Made by a program: the position numbers and the translations under genes
Source: Oscillospiraceae bacterium
Lineage (GTDB): Bacteria > Bacillota > Clostridia > Oscillospirales > Oscillospiraceae
Length of the DNA stretch: 64,000 nt
Direction of reading: 5' to 3'
Assembly: GCA_051867595.1 (NCBI GenBank)
Contig: JBJDYS010000001.1
Coordinates: 18,784 to 82,783, forward strand
Notes under the pieces: generated by a model
What the model was told of the DNA's origin: nothing
The model's input: the letters and a program-made list of their open reading frames with translations, nothing else
Databases searched by the model: none
In this document: one piece after another, positions 1 through 9,261 of the stretch
Layout: every line of letters begins with the position of its first letter
How positions within the stretch are numbered: the stretch's first letter is position 1

Positions 1-556
1 CCGCCTCAAACTGCGGCTTGACGAGACAGACGACCTGTCCGTTCTCCGTCAGGAGCGTCCGCACCGCAGGCAGCACGAGATGAAGGGAAATGAACGACAT
101 ATCCATGACCGCCATGTCCATGCGCTCCGGGAACATATCCGGCGTAAGGCTGCGGGCATTCGTGCGCTCCATGACCGTTACGCGCTCATCGCAGCGCAGG
201 CTCCATGCGAGCTGGCCATAGCCGACATCCACCGCGTAGACGTGCCGGGCGCCCCGCTGCAGAAGGCAGTCCGTAAAACCGCCCGTCGAGGCCCCGCAGT
301 CCACGCAGGTATATCCCGCCGGGTCGATCGGAAACACCGTCAGCGCCTTCTGAAGCTTGAGGCCGCCCCGGCTGACAAAGGGAAGCTTTTCGCCGCGCAC
401 CTCGATCGCCGCGTCCGCCGCAACGGAGGTGCCGGGCTTTGTCTGTTTCTCTCCGTTGACATAGACGGAACCGGCCATAATCAGCGCTTTGGCCTTTTCG
501 CGGCTCTCGGCATGGCCCAGGTCGAATACCGCCTGGTCAAGTCTTATCTTCTGCAT
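1..556 (-). CDS. tlyA: TlyA-family rRNA (cytidine-2'-O)-methyltransferase; 3' end cut by the window edge
   Basis: Not in the ORF track because it is open at the edge. My translation from ATG at 556 reads [43 protein letters not shown]...[32 protein letters not shown], i.e. an S4-like N-terminus plus an FtsJ-type SAM motif. It overlaps the dxs stop by 20 nt. The order xseA-xseB-ispA-dxs-tlyA is canonical in Firmicutes. Confidence 0.85.
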   Translation of the reverse strand, partial: MQKIRLDQAVFDLGHAESREKAKALIMAGSVYVNGEKQTKPGTSVAADAAIEVRGEKLPFVSRGGLKLQKALTVFPIDPAGYTCVDCGASTGGFTDCLLQRGARHVYAVDVGYGQLAWSLRCDERVTVMERTNARSLTPDMFPERMDMAVMDMSFISLHLVLPAVRTLLTENGQVVCLVKPQFEA

Positions 557-2399
557 TCATAATCTCCCCGACCGTCCGGGCGATGCCCTCACCGTCCAGC
601 CCGGTCATTTTACGCAAATCCTGCGGCGCGCCGTTTTCCAGGATGCCGTCGCCGAGGTCGATCCGGCGCACAGCCCGGGGCGAAAGGCCCGCTTCCGCCA
701 GCCCGGCCAGAAGCTTCTCTCCCATGCTTCCGGGACGGCAGACATCCTCCGCCGTCACGAGCCGTCCGGTTTTCCGGACGGATTTTATGATCTCCGAAAA
801 ATCCGGCGGAGAGAGGCGGTTGATCTTCACGACCTCCGCCGCAATCCCATTCTGTTTCAAAAGCGCCGCAGCTGCCAGCGCCTCATTGATCTCCACGCCA
901 TACGAGACGACGGTCACATCCGTTCCCTCGCGCAGGCAAACACAGGGCGCCGCAGAATGATCCTCCGTATAGCTGCCCTCCCCGCCGCGGGGATAGCGCA
1001 CCGCCACCGGCCCGGTCTCCTCCAGCACCGCCCGGCGCAGCATCGTACGCAGCTCGGCAAAGCTGGACGGCGAATAGACCGTCATCCCCGGCACGCTTGT
1101 GAGATAGGACACGTCAAACGAGCCCTGATGGGTCTGCCCGTCCTTTCCGACGATGCCGGCCCGATCCACGCCGAACACGGCATGAAGTCCCATCAGCGAA
1201 ACATCGTGGATGAGCATATCATAGCTTCGCTGAAGAAACGTGGAATACACCGCAAACACCGGAACCAGTCCCTGTGCCGCCATACCGCCCGCCATCGCGC
1301 AGGCGTGTTCCTCCGCGATGCCGACGTCGAAAAAGCGCTTCGGATGCGCCTGACGGAACGGAACAAGGCCTGTCCCCTCCGCCATCGCCGCCGTGATGGC
1401 CACAACGCGCTCATCCGCATCCGCAAGCTCCGTGAGCGTTTTTCCGAAAACGGCAGAGAAGTCCGTCCCGGACACTTTGGATTCCCCGCTCACCGGGTCA
1501 AAGGCGCCGACGCCGTGGAACAGATCCGGCGACTTCTCGGCCGGCGTGTAGCCGTGGCCCTTTTGGGTGATGACGTGTATGAGGCAGGGCTTTTTTTGCT
1601 CCCGCGCCCAACGCAGCGCCTGTTCAAGCTTCGGAATATCGTGCCCGTCCATAGGGCCAAGGTATTCAAAGCCGAAATCGTCGAACATATTGTCCGGGAT
1701 CACGCGTTCTTTGATCCAGCGCTTCACCCGGTGCGTGAACTGATATACGCGGGGCTGCCGATCGGCCACAACACCGCGATACCAGCGCTTGAAATTGATG
1801 TATTCGGGCTTTGTCCGCAGGCGGCCGAGCATCTGCGCGATCCCGCCGACGCCGCGGTTGATGGACATCCCGTTGTCGTTCAGGATGATAACGAGCGGTT
1901 CGCCGCTGTGCCCGGCGTCCGACAGTCCCTCAAAGGCCATTCCGCCGTTTAACGCGCCGTCGCCGATGAGCGCCACCACATCGTAATCCGCGCCCAGCGC
2001 CGTCCGCGCCCGCGCCATGCCCAGCGCGACGGAAATGGAGTTCGACGCATGACCGGCTATAAACGCGTCGTGTTCGCTCTCCGTCGGTTTCGGAAAGCCC
2101 GACATCCCGCCAAGCTCGCGAAAATTTTCAAAACCACCCATGCGTCCGGTCAGCAGCTTGTGCACATAGCACTGATGTCCCACATCAAAAACCAGGCGGT
2201 CTTTTGTCGTATCATACACACGGTGCAGCGCCAGCGTGAGCTCCACCGAACCGAGGTTGGAGGCCAGATGCCCGCCGCTCTTTGACAGGCTCTCCACGAG
2301 AAATTGCCGGATCTCGCCGCACAAAACATCAAGCTGCTCCGTGTTGAATGCCCGGATATCCTCCGGGCTGTTGATTTTATCCAGATAAACCATGTGCAT
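537..2399 (-). CDS. dxs: 1-deoxy-D-xylulose-5-phosphate synthase
   Basis: 620-aa ORF with typical Dxs sequence ([31 protein letters not shown], transketolase-like C-terminus). The GGAG Shine-Dalgarno fits the second ATG (2393) better, so the start could be 2393. Confidence 0.95.
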   Translation of the reverse strand: MHMVYLDKINSPEDIRAFNTEQLDVLCGEIRQFLVESLSKSGGHLASNLGSVELTLALHRVYDTTKDRLVFDVGHQCYVHKLLTGRMGGFENFRELGGMSGFPKPTESEHDAFIAGHASNSISVALGMARARTALGADYDVVALIGDGALNGGMAFEGLSDAGHSGEPLVIILNDNGMSINRGVGGIAQMLGRLRTKPEYINFKRWYRGVVADRQPRVYQFTHRVKRWIKERVIPDNMFDDFGFEYLGPMDGHDIPKLEQALRWAREQKKPCLIHVITQKGHGYTPAEKSPDLFHGVGAFDPVSGESKVSGTDFSAVFGKTLTELADADERVVAITAAMAEGTGLVPFRQAHPKRFFDVGIAEEHACAMAGGMAAQGLVPVFAVYSTFLQRSYDMLIHDVSLMGLHAVFGVDRAGIVGKDGQTHQGSFDVSYLTSVPGMTVYSPSSFAELRTMLRRAVLEETGPVAVRYPRGGEGSYTEDHSAAPCVCLREGTDVTVVSYGVEINEALAAAALLKQNGIAAEVVKINRLSPPDFSEIIKSVRKTGRLVTAEDVCRPGSMGEKLLAGLAEAGLSPRAVRRIDLGDGILENGAPQDLRKMTGLDGEGIARTVGEIMNAEDKT

Positions 2400-2437
2400 G
2401 GCTCCATAAATTTTCCAAGTCTTTTCAAGTCTTTATA

Positions 2438-2475
2438 TAATAACAAAATACACCTCATATTTCAAGGTGTATTTT
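2438..2475 (-). terminator. Hairpin with a T-rich tail after ispA
   Basis: On the minus strand: aaaatacacc-ttgaaatatga-ggtgtatttt followed by gttatt. A possible dxs promoter (TTGAAA-17-TATTAT) overlaps it. Confidence 0.4.
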
Positions 2476-2509
2476 GCATATATTCATATATTCCTGAATA
2501 TTCTGTTTC

Positions 2510-3325
2510 TCACATACTGCGCCCGGCCAGCTCCTCCGCCAGCGCGCGCAGAAAGCCGGTATCCGGGAAGCGCTCCAGAAGCGCAAGCGCTCTTTCCGTA
2601 TACATCTCCGTCATCGCGGCACATTTCTCCGCGCCGAGCAGCGCACAGAAGCCGTCGCCGTCCAGCATATCGTCCCGGCACTGAAACGCCATGCCGAGCG
2701 CTGCGCCGAAGGCGTCCGCGTCCGATATCACGGCTTCGCTGCCCCCCGCCGACGCCGCGCCCAAAGCACAGGCAGCGCCCATGAGGGTCGCGGTCTTTCC
2801 GTATTCCACCGCGCTCAGCGCTTCGACCGTTTGGCTGCTGTCCATGAGGTCGAGATACTGTCCGCCGCAAATCCCCGGAAGACCCGCCGCATGAGCCAGG
2901 ATCCGGCAGCAGCGAAAACGCTCCGCTTCGCCGATCTCCGCCGCGCAGACTGCGGCAAACGCCTCCGCCTGCAGGCAGTCACCGGCCAAAAGCGCGGTCG
3001 TCTCCCCGAAGCGCTTATGGCTCGTCGGCTGACCGCGCCGCTCGTCATCATTGTCCATGCAGGGCAGGTCATCGTGGATAAGGCTGTAGGTGTGCAGCAT
3101 TTCCACGCCGCAGGCAACCGGCATAGCCTTTGCCGCTTCCAATCCGCCCAAACGGGCAAATTCAAGGCAAAGCACCGGACGAATCCGCTTTCCCCCGGCC
3201 AGCAGGCTGTAACGCATGGCCTCGCGCAGCCCGTCCATGCCGTTCCCGGCCGGCAGAAAATAGCCCTTGAGCGCCGCATCCACGGCGTTTTTCAGTTCGT
3301 TATACCGCTCCGTCATGGCGCTCAC
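2510..3325 (-). CDS. ispA: Polyprenyl (farnesyl/geranylgeranyl) diphosphate synthase
   Basis: First DDxxD-type motif LIHDDLPCMDNDDERRG and second Asp-rich motif FQCRDDMLD. GTG start at 3325 overlaps the xseB stop (GTGA); an alternative ATG lies at 3316. Confidence 0.9.
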   Translation of the reverse strand: MSAMTERYNELKNAVDAALKGYFLPAGNGMDGLREAMRYSLLAGGKRIRPVLCLEFARLGGLEAAKAMPVACGVEMLHTYSLIHDDLPCMDNDDERRGQPTSHKRFGETTALLAGDCLQAEAFAAVCAAEIGEAERFRCCRILAHAAGLPGICGGQYLDLMDSSQTVEALSAVEYGKTATLMGAACALGAASAGGSEAVISDADAFGAALGMAFQCRDDMLDGDGFCALLGAEKCAAMTEMYTERALALLERFPDTGFLRALAEELAGRSM

Positions 3326-3540
3326 TCAAACGGAAGCTCTTCCGGCGAGCCGTCCGCGCTTTTGCGAAGCTGCACGACCTTCTGCTCGGCTTCGTCGAGA
3401 AGCTTTCCGCAGGATTTAATAAGGCCCGCTCCCTCCTCAAACAAACCGAGGCTCTCCGCGAGGGGCGCATCGCCGCGCTCCAGCAGCTTTACAATCTCCT
3501 CCAGCCGCGCCAGCGACTGCTCAAAGCTTTTTTCAGCCAT
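3322..3540 (-). CDS. xseB: Exodeoxyribonuclease VII small subunit
   Basis: 72 aa, MAEKSFEQSLARLEEIVKLLERGDAPLAESL is the typical XseB helix. It overlaps the xseA stop by 8 nt. Confidence 0.9.
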   Translation of the reverse strand: MAEKSFEQSLARLEEIVKLLERGDAPLAESLGLFEEGAGLIKSCGKLLDEAEQKVVQLRKSADGSPEELPFE

Positions 3541-4738
3541 GATCGATCTCCTCCACTTGACAGCCGAGCGTTCCCCCGGCCAGCTTTATATCGACCCGGT
3601 CGCCCACGCGGACATCGTCCACCGAGCGCACCGGCTTTCCCTCTCTGTCCTCGGCAATGGCATAGCCGCGGCTCAGAACCTTCAGCGGGCTGAGCGCATC
3701 GAGCTTCGCCGCCAGCTCCACATACGAGCGCCGGCACGCCGCCGTGCGCGCCTCCCCCGCCGCGGCCAGGGACGTTCTCGCAAAATCCAGCGACATACGC
3801 TTCGCGCCGAGATACACCTCCGGGTCGGTCAGTGCCGGACGCTCCGAAAGCTCCCGCAGCCGACGGGTGAGCATATCGAGCTTTTTCCCCATCGCCTGCT
3901 CAAGCCGGATGCCGTCCTGCGCGACGAGCGCCTTGACCTCCACCATATCCGGCCCCGCGATCTCGGCGGCATTCGACGGCGTCGCCGCCCGGCGATCCGC
4001 CACATAGTCCGCGATGGTCACGTCCGGCTCATGGCCCACCGCCGAGATGACCGGAAGCTCGGACTCATAGATCGCCCGCGCCACGCGCTCGTCGTTAAAG
4101 GCCCACAGATCCTCCATGGAACCGCCGCCTCGCCCGGTGATGATGAGATCCGCCACCTTCCAGCGGTTTGCATAGCGGATCGCTCCGACGATCTCCGGCG
4201 GCGCTTCAACGCCCTGCACCCGGACGGGCAGCAGCAGAATTTTCGCCGCAGGCCAGCGCTTTCCTAGGACGCGGATGATGTCGTGCACCGCCGCGCCTGC
4301 GCCGCTCGTGATGACCGCGATCTTTTTCGGAAAGGGCGGCAGGGGCTTTTTGTGCGCGGGGTCAAACAGACCCTCCGCCTCGAGCTTTGCCTTGAGCTGC
4401 TCAAAGGCCACCTGCAAGTCGCCCGTTCCCTCCGGCATCAGATCGGAAACATAGAGCTGGTACGCGCCGTCCCGCGGATAGACCGAGATGCGGCCCGCCG
4501 CCGTGACGCTCATGCCGCTCTCCGGGCGGAAACGCAGCTTCGACGCGCTGGAACGGAACATCACGCATTTCAGGCTCGCCTCGGCGTCCTTCATCGTGAA
4601 GTAGTGATGCCCGGAAGGGTATATTTTGTAGTTCGACAGCTCGCCCCGAACCGTCACGCGGCCCAGCATCGGGTCGGATTCAACAAGGGCTTTGATGTGC
4701 GCGTTCAGCTGCGAGACGGTCAGCGCCATCTCACTCAT
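3533..4738 (-). CDS. xseA: Exodeoxyribonuclease VII large subunit
   Basis: OB-fold N-terminus (LTVSQLNAHIKALVESDPMLGRVTVRGELSNYK) and catalytic core. I chose the ATG at 4738 (MSEMALTV...) because the longer track ORF would run through the nusB 3' end. Confidence 0.9.
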   Translation of the reverse strand: MSEMALTVSQLNAHIKALVESDPMLGRVTVRGELSNYKIYPSGHHYFTMKDAEASLKCVMFRSSASKLRFRPESGMSVTAAGRISVYPRDGAYQLYVSDLMPEGTGDLQVAFEQLKAKLEAEGLFDPAHKKPLPPFPKKIAVITSGAGAAVHDIIRVLGKRWPAAKILLLPVRVQGVEAPPEIVGAIRYANRWKVADLIITGRGGGSMEDLWAFNDERVARAIYESELPVISAVGHEPDVTIADYVADRRAATPSNAAEIAGPDMVEVKALVAQDGIRLEQAMGKKLDMLTRRLRELSERPALTDPEVYLGAKRMSLDFARTSLAAAGEARTAACRRSYVELAAKLDALSPLKVLSRGYAIAEDREGKPVRSVDDVRVGDRVDIKLAGGTLGCQVEEIDHG

Positions 4739-5216
4739 CGGCCTTGTTCTCCTCCGCCGTGGGTTCCTCGTGCAGGATCTCCGCACGGTAGAACCCGCCC
4801 AGCACGCCGTTTACAAAGGCGACGACATCGCCGTCCTCGTATCCTTTCATAAGCTCGACAGCCTCATCAATGGCCGCGGCGTCCGGCACGTCCGGCATAT
4901 AGAGGATCTCAAACATCGCCTGCCGCAGCACGGCAGCCGCGCTGCGGGAAATGCGCTCCGTGCGCCAGCCCTTGGCATACAGGCCGATCAGGCGGTCAAG
5001 CTCTTCCTGATGCGCGGCCACGCCCGCGACGCTCTCCTTGATATAGGCAAGATCCTTCTTCGAGGGTTTTTCGGCATACAGCTCGCCCTCGGCCTTCATG
5101 CTCTCATAATGCTCCGGCTCGAAAAAGGCATCGACGGCGGCTTCCGGGTCCAGGCCCGCAGAAACCACGGCAAACCCGAGCTGGATGGCGATCTCTCTTG
5201 CGGCAGTTCTTTTCAT
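4731..5216 (-). CDS. nusB: Transcription antitermination factor NusB
   Basis: 161 aa, MKRTAAREIAIQLGF..., NusB-like helical protein. Position between asp23 and xseA is typical for Firmicutes. Confidence 0.9.
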   Translation of the reverse strand: MKRTAAREIAIQLGFAVVSAGLDPEAAVDAFFEPEHYESMKAEGELYAEKPSKKDLAYIKESVAGVAAHQEELDRLIGLYAKGWRTERISRSAAAVLRQAMFEILYMPDVPDAAAIDEAVELMKGYEDGDVVAFVNGVLGGFYRAEILHEEPTAEENKADE

Positions 5217-5229
5217 CGTTCTGTCTCCA

Positions 5230-5268
5230 TAAAAAATACAACAAGGAGCCCCGCAGCAAGGGGGCTCC
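5230..5268 (-). terminator. Intrinsic terminator or attenuator between asp23 and nusB
   Basis: Minus strand: ggagcccc-loop-ggggctcc followed by ttgttgtatttttt. Confidence 0.5.
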
Positions 5269-5285
5269 GATTCAGTTTGCGGTTA

Positions 5286-5645
5286 TTATTTATCGAATAC
5301 AACGCCCGTGACATGGACGTTCACCACAGCGCACATACCCGTAACGGACTCCACCTCGCGGCACACTGCCTCCTGCACGCGCAGGGCAATGTCGGTGATG
5401 CTGCCGCCAAGCTTCACGTTGACCATAACGTCGATCGTGACCTTATCGTCGATAAAGCGAATTTTGAGTCCCTTTGTGTTGGTTTTGCGTCCGAACAGCT
5501 CCACGAGCTCCGGCGTGGTAGCCACACCAAAACCGGCAACGCCGTCCACCTCGGTCACAGCCGCGCTCACCATAACGGCGATCACGTCCTCCGCGATGTT
5601 GATGGTTCCTTTTTCCAGCTGCTTGGTGATATAGTTTTCCGCCAT
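5286..5645 (-). CDS. Asp23/Gls24-family alkaline shock protein
   Basis: MAENYITKQLEKGTINIAEDVIAVMVSAAVTEVDGVAG is the typical Asp23 N-terminus. AGGAGG lies 6 nt upstream of the ATG at 5645. Confidence 0.85.
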   Translation of the reverse strand: MAENYITKQLEKGTINIAEDVIAVMVSAAVTEVDGVAGFGVATTPELVELFGRKTNTKGLKIRFIDDKVTIDVMVNVKLGGSITDIALRVQEAVCREVESVTGMCAVVNVHVTGVVFDK

Positions 5646-5698
5646 AACGGCACCTCCTGTATTGAAGTCGTTCCGTGTCATTCTCACAATACAGGGTG

Positions 5699-5707
5699 AT
5701 TATATCA
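5699..5707 (-). promoter_or_regulatory. Extended -10 element (TGaTATAAT) upstream of asp23
   Basis: The minus strand reads gtgatataat about 50 nt upstream of the asp23 start. No clear -35. Confidence 0.35.
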
Positions 5708-5749
5708 CGAGCCGCGAAAAAAGAAAAGAAAAATCTCTCAAGTTTTGCG

Positions 5750-6301
5750 TCAGTCCTTCACTTCCACGATGTTCAGCTCCGTTGCGCCGAAATCCGTGGT
5801 GGAAATGACCGCCTCCGTGATCTGGGCCACCTGCACGTCGGTAAGGCCCTCCATCGGCGCCGGAACGGCAACCGTCACGCCCTCATCGGAGACGAGCGCC
5901 ACGCAGTCGGCAAAGTTCTTTGCCAGAAGCTCGTTTTCCAGCAGGCTCTCCTGCAGATCCCAGGCCGCCATGGCATTGATCTGGCGCATGGACTCGTCGA
6001 TGACCTCCTGTGATACGTCCTCGACGGCACAGGCCTGCTCAAGCAGTGACAGCGCCTCATCCCGGCTCGACTGCCGTGTCAGACGGGCCTTGTCAAAATA
6101 GGCATTCGTATTCGCCTGCGCCAGCGCGGCGGTGGCGAGGTAATCCTCATCCGCAGCCAGCATCGCCGCATCCTCCGCCGCCACCATGGCCGAATCGGCC
6201 GAACCCCAACGGCTGTTATACGACCAGTTCAGATAGACCGCCGCTCCCACAAAAACCAGCACCGCCGCAACGACGATGTTTCTCTTCATATTTCTTCTCA
6301 C
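5750..6301 (-). CDS. spoIIIAH: Stage III sporulation protein AH
   Basis: N-terminal TM segment (NIVVAAVLVFVGAAVYL) plus an extracytoplasmic domain. Last gene of the spoIIIA operon by position. GTG start preceded by GGGAGGGA. Confidence 0.75.
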   Translation of the reverse strand: MRRNMKRNIVVAAVLVFVGAAVYLNWSYNSRWGSADSAMVAAEDAAMLAADEDYLATAALAQANTNAYFDKARLTRQSSRDEALSLLEQACAVEDVSQEVIDESMRQINAMAAWDLQESLLENELLAKNFADCVALVSDEGVTVAVPAPMEGLTDVQVAQITEAVISTTDFGATELNIVEVKD

Positions 6302-6316
6302 GTTGGCTCCCTCCCA

Positions 6317-6646
6317 TTATTCGGATTTGAAAATTTGCACCTCATCGGCGCCCAGGCCGGTATAGCATTTCACGGCCCGGGTGATCTTCAGGCAGACAGA
6401 GGCGCTGTCCGCGCCGTCACATACGACCACCGCTCCGCTGTCCGACAGCAGAACCTGTGCCTCTCCCACCCCCTCGATCTGCGACAGCAATGCCGCCACG
6501 CGCAGTTCCTCCTCCCGGCCCGTGACCGTTTCCGCGGATGCGCTCCCCGTCGGCCACAGGATCAGCAGAAGCCCGACTGCCGCCACCAGCAGAACATACC
6601 GGAATTCCGACAGCTTCTTCAGAGGTTTCTTTCCTTTATCAGCCAT
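6317..6646 (-). CDS. spoIIIAG: Stage III sporulation protein AG (short form)
   Basis: MADKGKKPLKKLSEFRYVLLVAAVGLLLILWP (TM), then EEELRVAALLSQIEGVGEAQVLLSDSGAVVVCDGADS...ADEVQIFKSE, which looks like a ring-building motif. The start at 6646 overlaps the spoIIIAF stop. Confidence 0.7.
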   Translation of the reverse strand: MADKGKKPLKKLSEFRYVLLVAAVGLLLILWPTGSASAETVTGREEELRVAALLSQIEGVGEAQVLLSDSGAVVVCDGADSASVCLKITRAVKCYTGLGADEVQIFKSE

Positions 6647-7109
6647 CTTCCCTCCAGCTCTGCCGTTCGGCGGGAATGCCAAGCTCCCCTTCGATCAGCC
6701 GGGAAAGTCCGGCGTTATAAACGCCATCCACCTGTACGGACCACGGATACCACAACAGGGCTTCGTCATCCCAGCAGGCCTCCACCGACACGCTGTCCAC
6801 AGCCGCGGCGCTTTCCTCCGCTTTGCCCAATATATATGCGGCGCATTGTTCTTCTATGTATGTGCGTTCCAGCATTTTTCCCTCTTCCTCCCCGTTCTCC
6901 TGCAGGATGCGCGCCTGCTCCCGGTATTCCCCGAGGCCGACCGACAAAGCGTCCATGTCGAGTGTCAGGAGCGGCGACGCGATCGCCAGCGCGCATACGA
7001 TCCCGCATACCATTCGCGTCACGGCCTTCACCCGTCCCGCCGGAGCAAGCACCATGGCGATGCTGCTCAACAGCGACGCCGCAAACACGCCGCGCACCCA
7101 TTCCATCAT
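6639..7109 (-). CDS. spoIIIAF: Stage III sporulation protein AF
   Basis: MMEWVRGVFAASLLSSIAMVLAP... has two N-terminal TM helices. ATGA overlap with the spoIIIAE stop. Assigned mainly by operon position. Confidence 0.7.
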   Translation of the reverse strand: MMEWVRGVFAASLLSSIAMVLAPAGRVKAVTRMVCGIVCALAIASPLLTLDMDALSVGLGEYREQARILQENGEEEGKMLERTYIEEQCAAYILGKAEESAAAVDSVSVEACWDDEALLWYPWSVQVDGVYNAGLSRLIEGELGIPAERQSWREDG

Positions 7110-8173
7110 CCCGTCAGCACCTCCGTTCCCAGTACGACCGATACGAAAAGCATGATCCCCGCGCTCCCCAGGAGACCCAGCGCCATGCCATAGCAGGACG
7201 CGACATTGCCGATGAGCTTCGACAGGCGTCCGTCCGCAAACGGTTCGCTGACACAGGCCGCCGCCTTGAACAGCAGATAGTGCAGACCCAATCCGAGCAG
7301 CGGCCCGAGACATACCCCCAGCACCGCTGCGACGCCGAATACACCTACCGCGCCGCGCAGAAGCTTTGCCCCCGCGACATACGCATCCGCCGCATCGGCG
7401 ACGATCTTTCCGACCACGGGAAGCGCCGCCGAGATCGCGCTTTTGGCCACGCTCCCCGCGAGCTTATCCGCGTGACCTGCGATCACGCCGGAGAGGGTCA
7501 GGCACATGGTGAACACGGTCGTTAAGGCCGTCAGAAGCGCCGTGCAGACCCAGGACATGAGCTTCTCCGGGCCGCCCAGCGCGCCGTCCGGCATGGCGGC
7601 ATTGGCCGTGCTCACCGCGCCGTAGGCATAGATCATCGGTAAAATCACATGGCGTCCGACGGCTATGAGCATATCCAGAAACAGCGCCGAGACCGTATAC
7701 CGCGCCGCGCCGGAGGCTCCCTGTCCCACCGCCGCGGACGCGCCTGCCACGCAGGGCAAAAGCGCCCGCGAAAAATCCGAAAGCTCATCGAGCGCCGTCC
7801 CCACCTGCCCGAGGAAGGAGTTTATATCTCCCGCGCAGACGCCCATGATTGCGAGCGCCCCGCCGAGCAGCATATACCCCGGCGTTTTCCCGTCCGGACT
7901 GACGGCTCCGGCCACGGAGCACAGCAGCGTGACGGCCAGCGTCGTCAGCGCACTTTTGGCCGCGCCGGAAAGAAGCGTGCCGAGCTGTTCTTTGGCCCAG
8001 CTCAGCACCCGTTCAAACAGACTTGTCCCGGTCATCACATCCTGCACCGTCACATCACCGAGGATCGTCCGGGCGGATTCCGGCAGGGCCGCCTCCAAAC
8101 CGTCCGTATCCACCGCCAGCGCCGGGACGGAGAGGAGCAGCACCCATAGTACAAAAATCATCAGTCGTTTCAT
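7106..8173 (-). CDS. spoIIIAE: Stage III sporulation protein AE
   Basis: Signal-like N-terminus MKRLMIFVLWVLLLSVPALA and a polytopic membrane body. ATGA overlap with the spoIIIAD stop. The upstream part of the 486-aa track ORF overlaps spoIIIAD and is rejected. Confidence 0.85.
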   Translation of the reverse strand: MKRLMIFVLWVLLLSVPALAVDTDGLEAALPESARTILGDVTVQDVMTGTSLFERVLSWAKEQLGTLLSGAAKSALTTLAVTLLCSVAGAVSPDGKTPGYMLLGGALAIMGVCAGDINSFLGQVGTALDELSDFSRALLPCVAGASAAVGQGASGAARYTVSALFLDMLIAVGRHVILPMIYAYGAVSTANAAMPDGALGGPEKLMSWVCTALLTALTTVFTMCLTLSGVIAGHADKLAGSVAKSAISAALPVVGKIVADAADAYVAGAKLLRGAVGVFGVAAVLGVCLGPLLGLGLHYLLFKAAACVSEPFADGRLSKLIGNVASCYGMALGLLGSAGIMLFVSVVLGTEVLTG

Positions 8174-8556
8174 AGCATCTCGCTTATCATCTTCAGAAGA
8201 GAGCGTATCAGCGGCAGCGCCGTCACGAGCGCGCAGGCCGCCCCGCACAGCTCCACGGCAGAGGCGGCGGCGCTCTGTCCGGCATCCTTGCAGATATCCG
8301 CGGAAATACGCGTGACGATCCCCACGCCCACGCATTTCATCACCGGCCCGACCACTGCGGGGCTCAGCCCCGTCTGCTCCTTTACGAGCGTCAGCATCTC
8401 CGAAAATCCGGAAACAAGCTCCATCGCAAGCGCCGCCGCCATCAGGCTCACGGCCACGCTCACCGCAAGCCCCATTTCCGGCGCAGAGCGTTTGAGGAGC
8501 AGTGACAGGATCGCGCCGGTAATGCCTATGACCGCGGCTTTTAAAAGCAGCGTCAT
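8170..8556 (-). CDS. spoIIIAD: Stage III sporulation protein AD
   Basis: 128-aa membrane protein, MTLLLKAAVIGITGAILSLLLKRSAPE, about the size of B. subtilis AD. ATGA overlap with spoIIIAC. Confidence 0.85.
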   Translation of the reverse strand: MTLLLKAAVIGITGAILSLLLKRSAPEMGLAVSVAVSLMAAALAMELVSGFSEMLTLVKEQTGLSPAVVGPVMKCVGVGIVTRISADICKDAGQSAAASAVELCGAACALVTALPLIRSLLKMISEML

Positions 8557-8756
8557 CCGAGATCAAACAGGCTCTTTATCAGGTCAAAAAGACCCGCGAT
8601 TTCCTGCACGAGGATCACCAGCACCACCACAAGCCCCGCTATGGTCGTCATGAGCGCCTGCTCGTCCCTGCCGGAACGGCTCAGAAGCAGATTCAGCACC
8701 GCCACCAGAATCCCGACCGCCGCAATTTTAAAAATCAGATCAACATTCATGTGCAT
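8553..8756 (-). CDS. spoIIIAC: Stage III sporulation protein AC
   Basis: 67 aa with two TM helices, ...IFKIAAVGILVAVLNLLLSRSGRDEQALMTTIAGLVVVL, typical of SpoIIIAC. Confidence 0.85.
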   Translation of the reverse strand: MHMNVDLIFKIAAVGILVAVLNLLLSRSGRDEQALMTTIAGLVVVLVILVQEIAGLFDLIKSLFDLG

Positions 8757-8769
8757 CCTTCGTCATTCC

Positions 8770-9261
8770 TTACAGCAAAAGCACCGCCAGCATCACACCC
8801 GCCGCTGAGCAAAGCCCCACCCGCACGCGGCCCTGCTCCCGCAATGCCCGCTCCCGCGCACCGCGAAGCTGCGTCAGCCTATGGAGCGCGCTATCGACCG
8901 CGGCCACTTCTTCCTCCGCCCCGTAGCTGCCGAGCACATTTCCGAGCGACCGGAGGATGTCCCGTTCCTCCGGCGGCAGCGCCTCCATCTGCCGGTTCCA
9001 GCACACGGACAGGCTTTCCCCGTCTGCAAGTCCATCGCTCAGCGCCCTGCAGAAATCCCCGGCCGCACCGGGAAAGGACGACGCCCGCTCCGCGAAAAAA
9101 TCCGGAAGCGGCGTCCGAAAGCGGCCGATCTCAAACGTGAGAAGCTCGAGAAGCTGACAGAGCTCCGCGCAGCGTTTTACATTCCCGGAGAGACTGGCGC
9201 GGGCCGCCAGCCCGCACCACAGCCCGGCCGCCGCGAGCAGAAACGCACCGCACAGCTTCAC
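8770..9261 (-). CDS. spoIIIAB: Stage III sporulation protein AB
   Basis: 163 aa with N- and C-terminal TM helices. GTG start overlaps the spoIIIAA stop (GTGA). Assigned by operon position. Confidence 0.75.
   Translation of the reverse strand: MKLCGAFLLAAAGLWCGLAARASLSGNVKRCAELCQLLELLTFEIGRFRTPLPDFFAERASSFPGAAGDFCRALSDGLADGESLSVCWNRQMEALPPEERDILRSLGNVLGSYGAEEEVAAVDSALHRLTQLRGARERALREQGRVRVGLCSAAGVMLAVLLL

Noticed and set aside
80-562. 160-aa plus-strand ORF at the left edge (and 489..1952 +, 487 aa).
   Set aside because: It is antisense to tlyA and dxs. The minus-strand translations give clean TlyA and Dxs sequences.
5656-5695. 9-bp stem (cctgtattg/caatacagg) partly covering the asp23 SD; considered as a translational riboregulator.
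   Set aside because: The extended -10 at 5699-5707 would place the TSS inside the 5' arm, so the hairpin probably cannot form in the mRNA.
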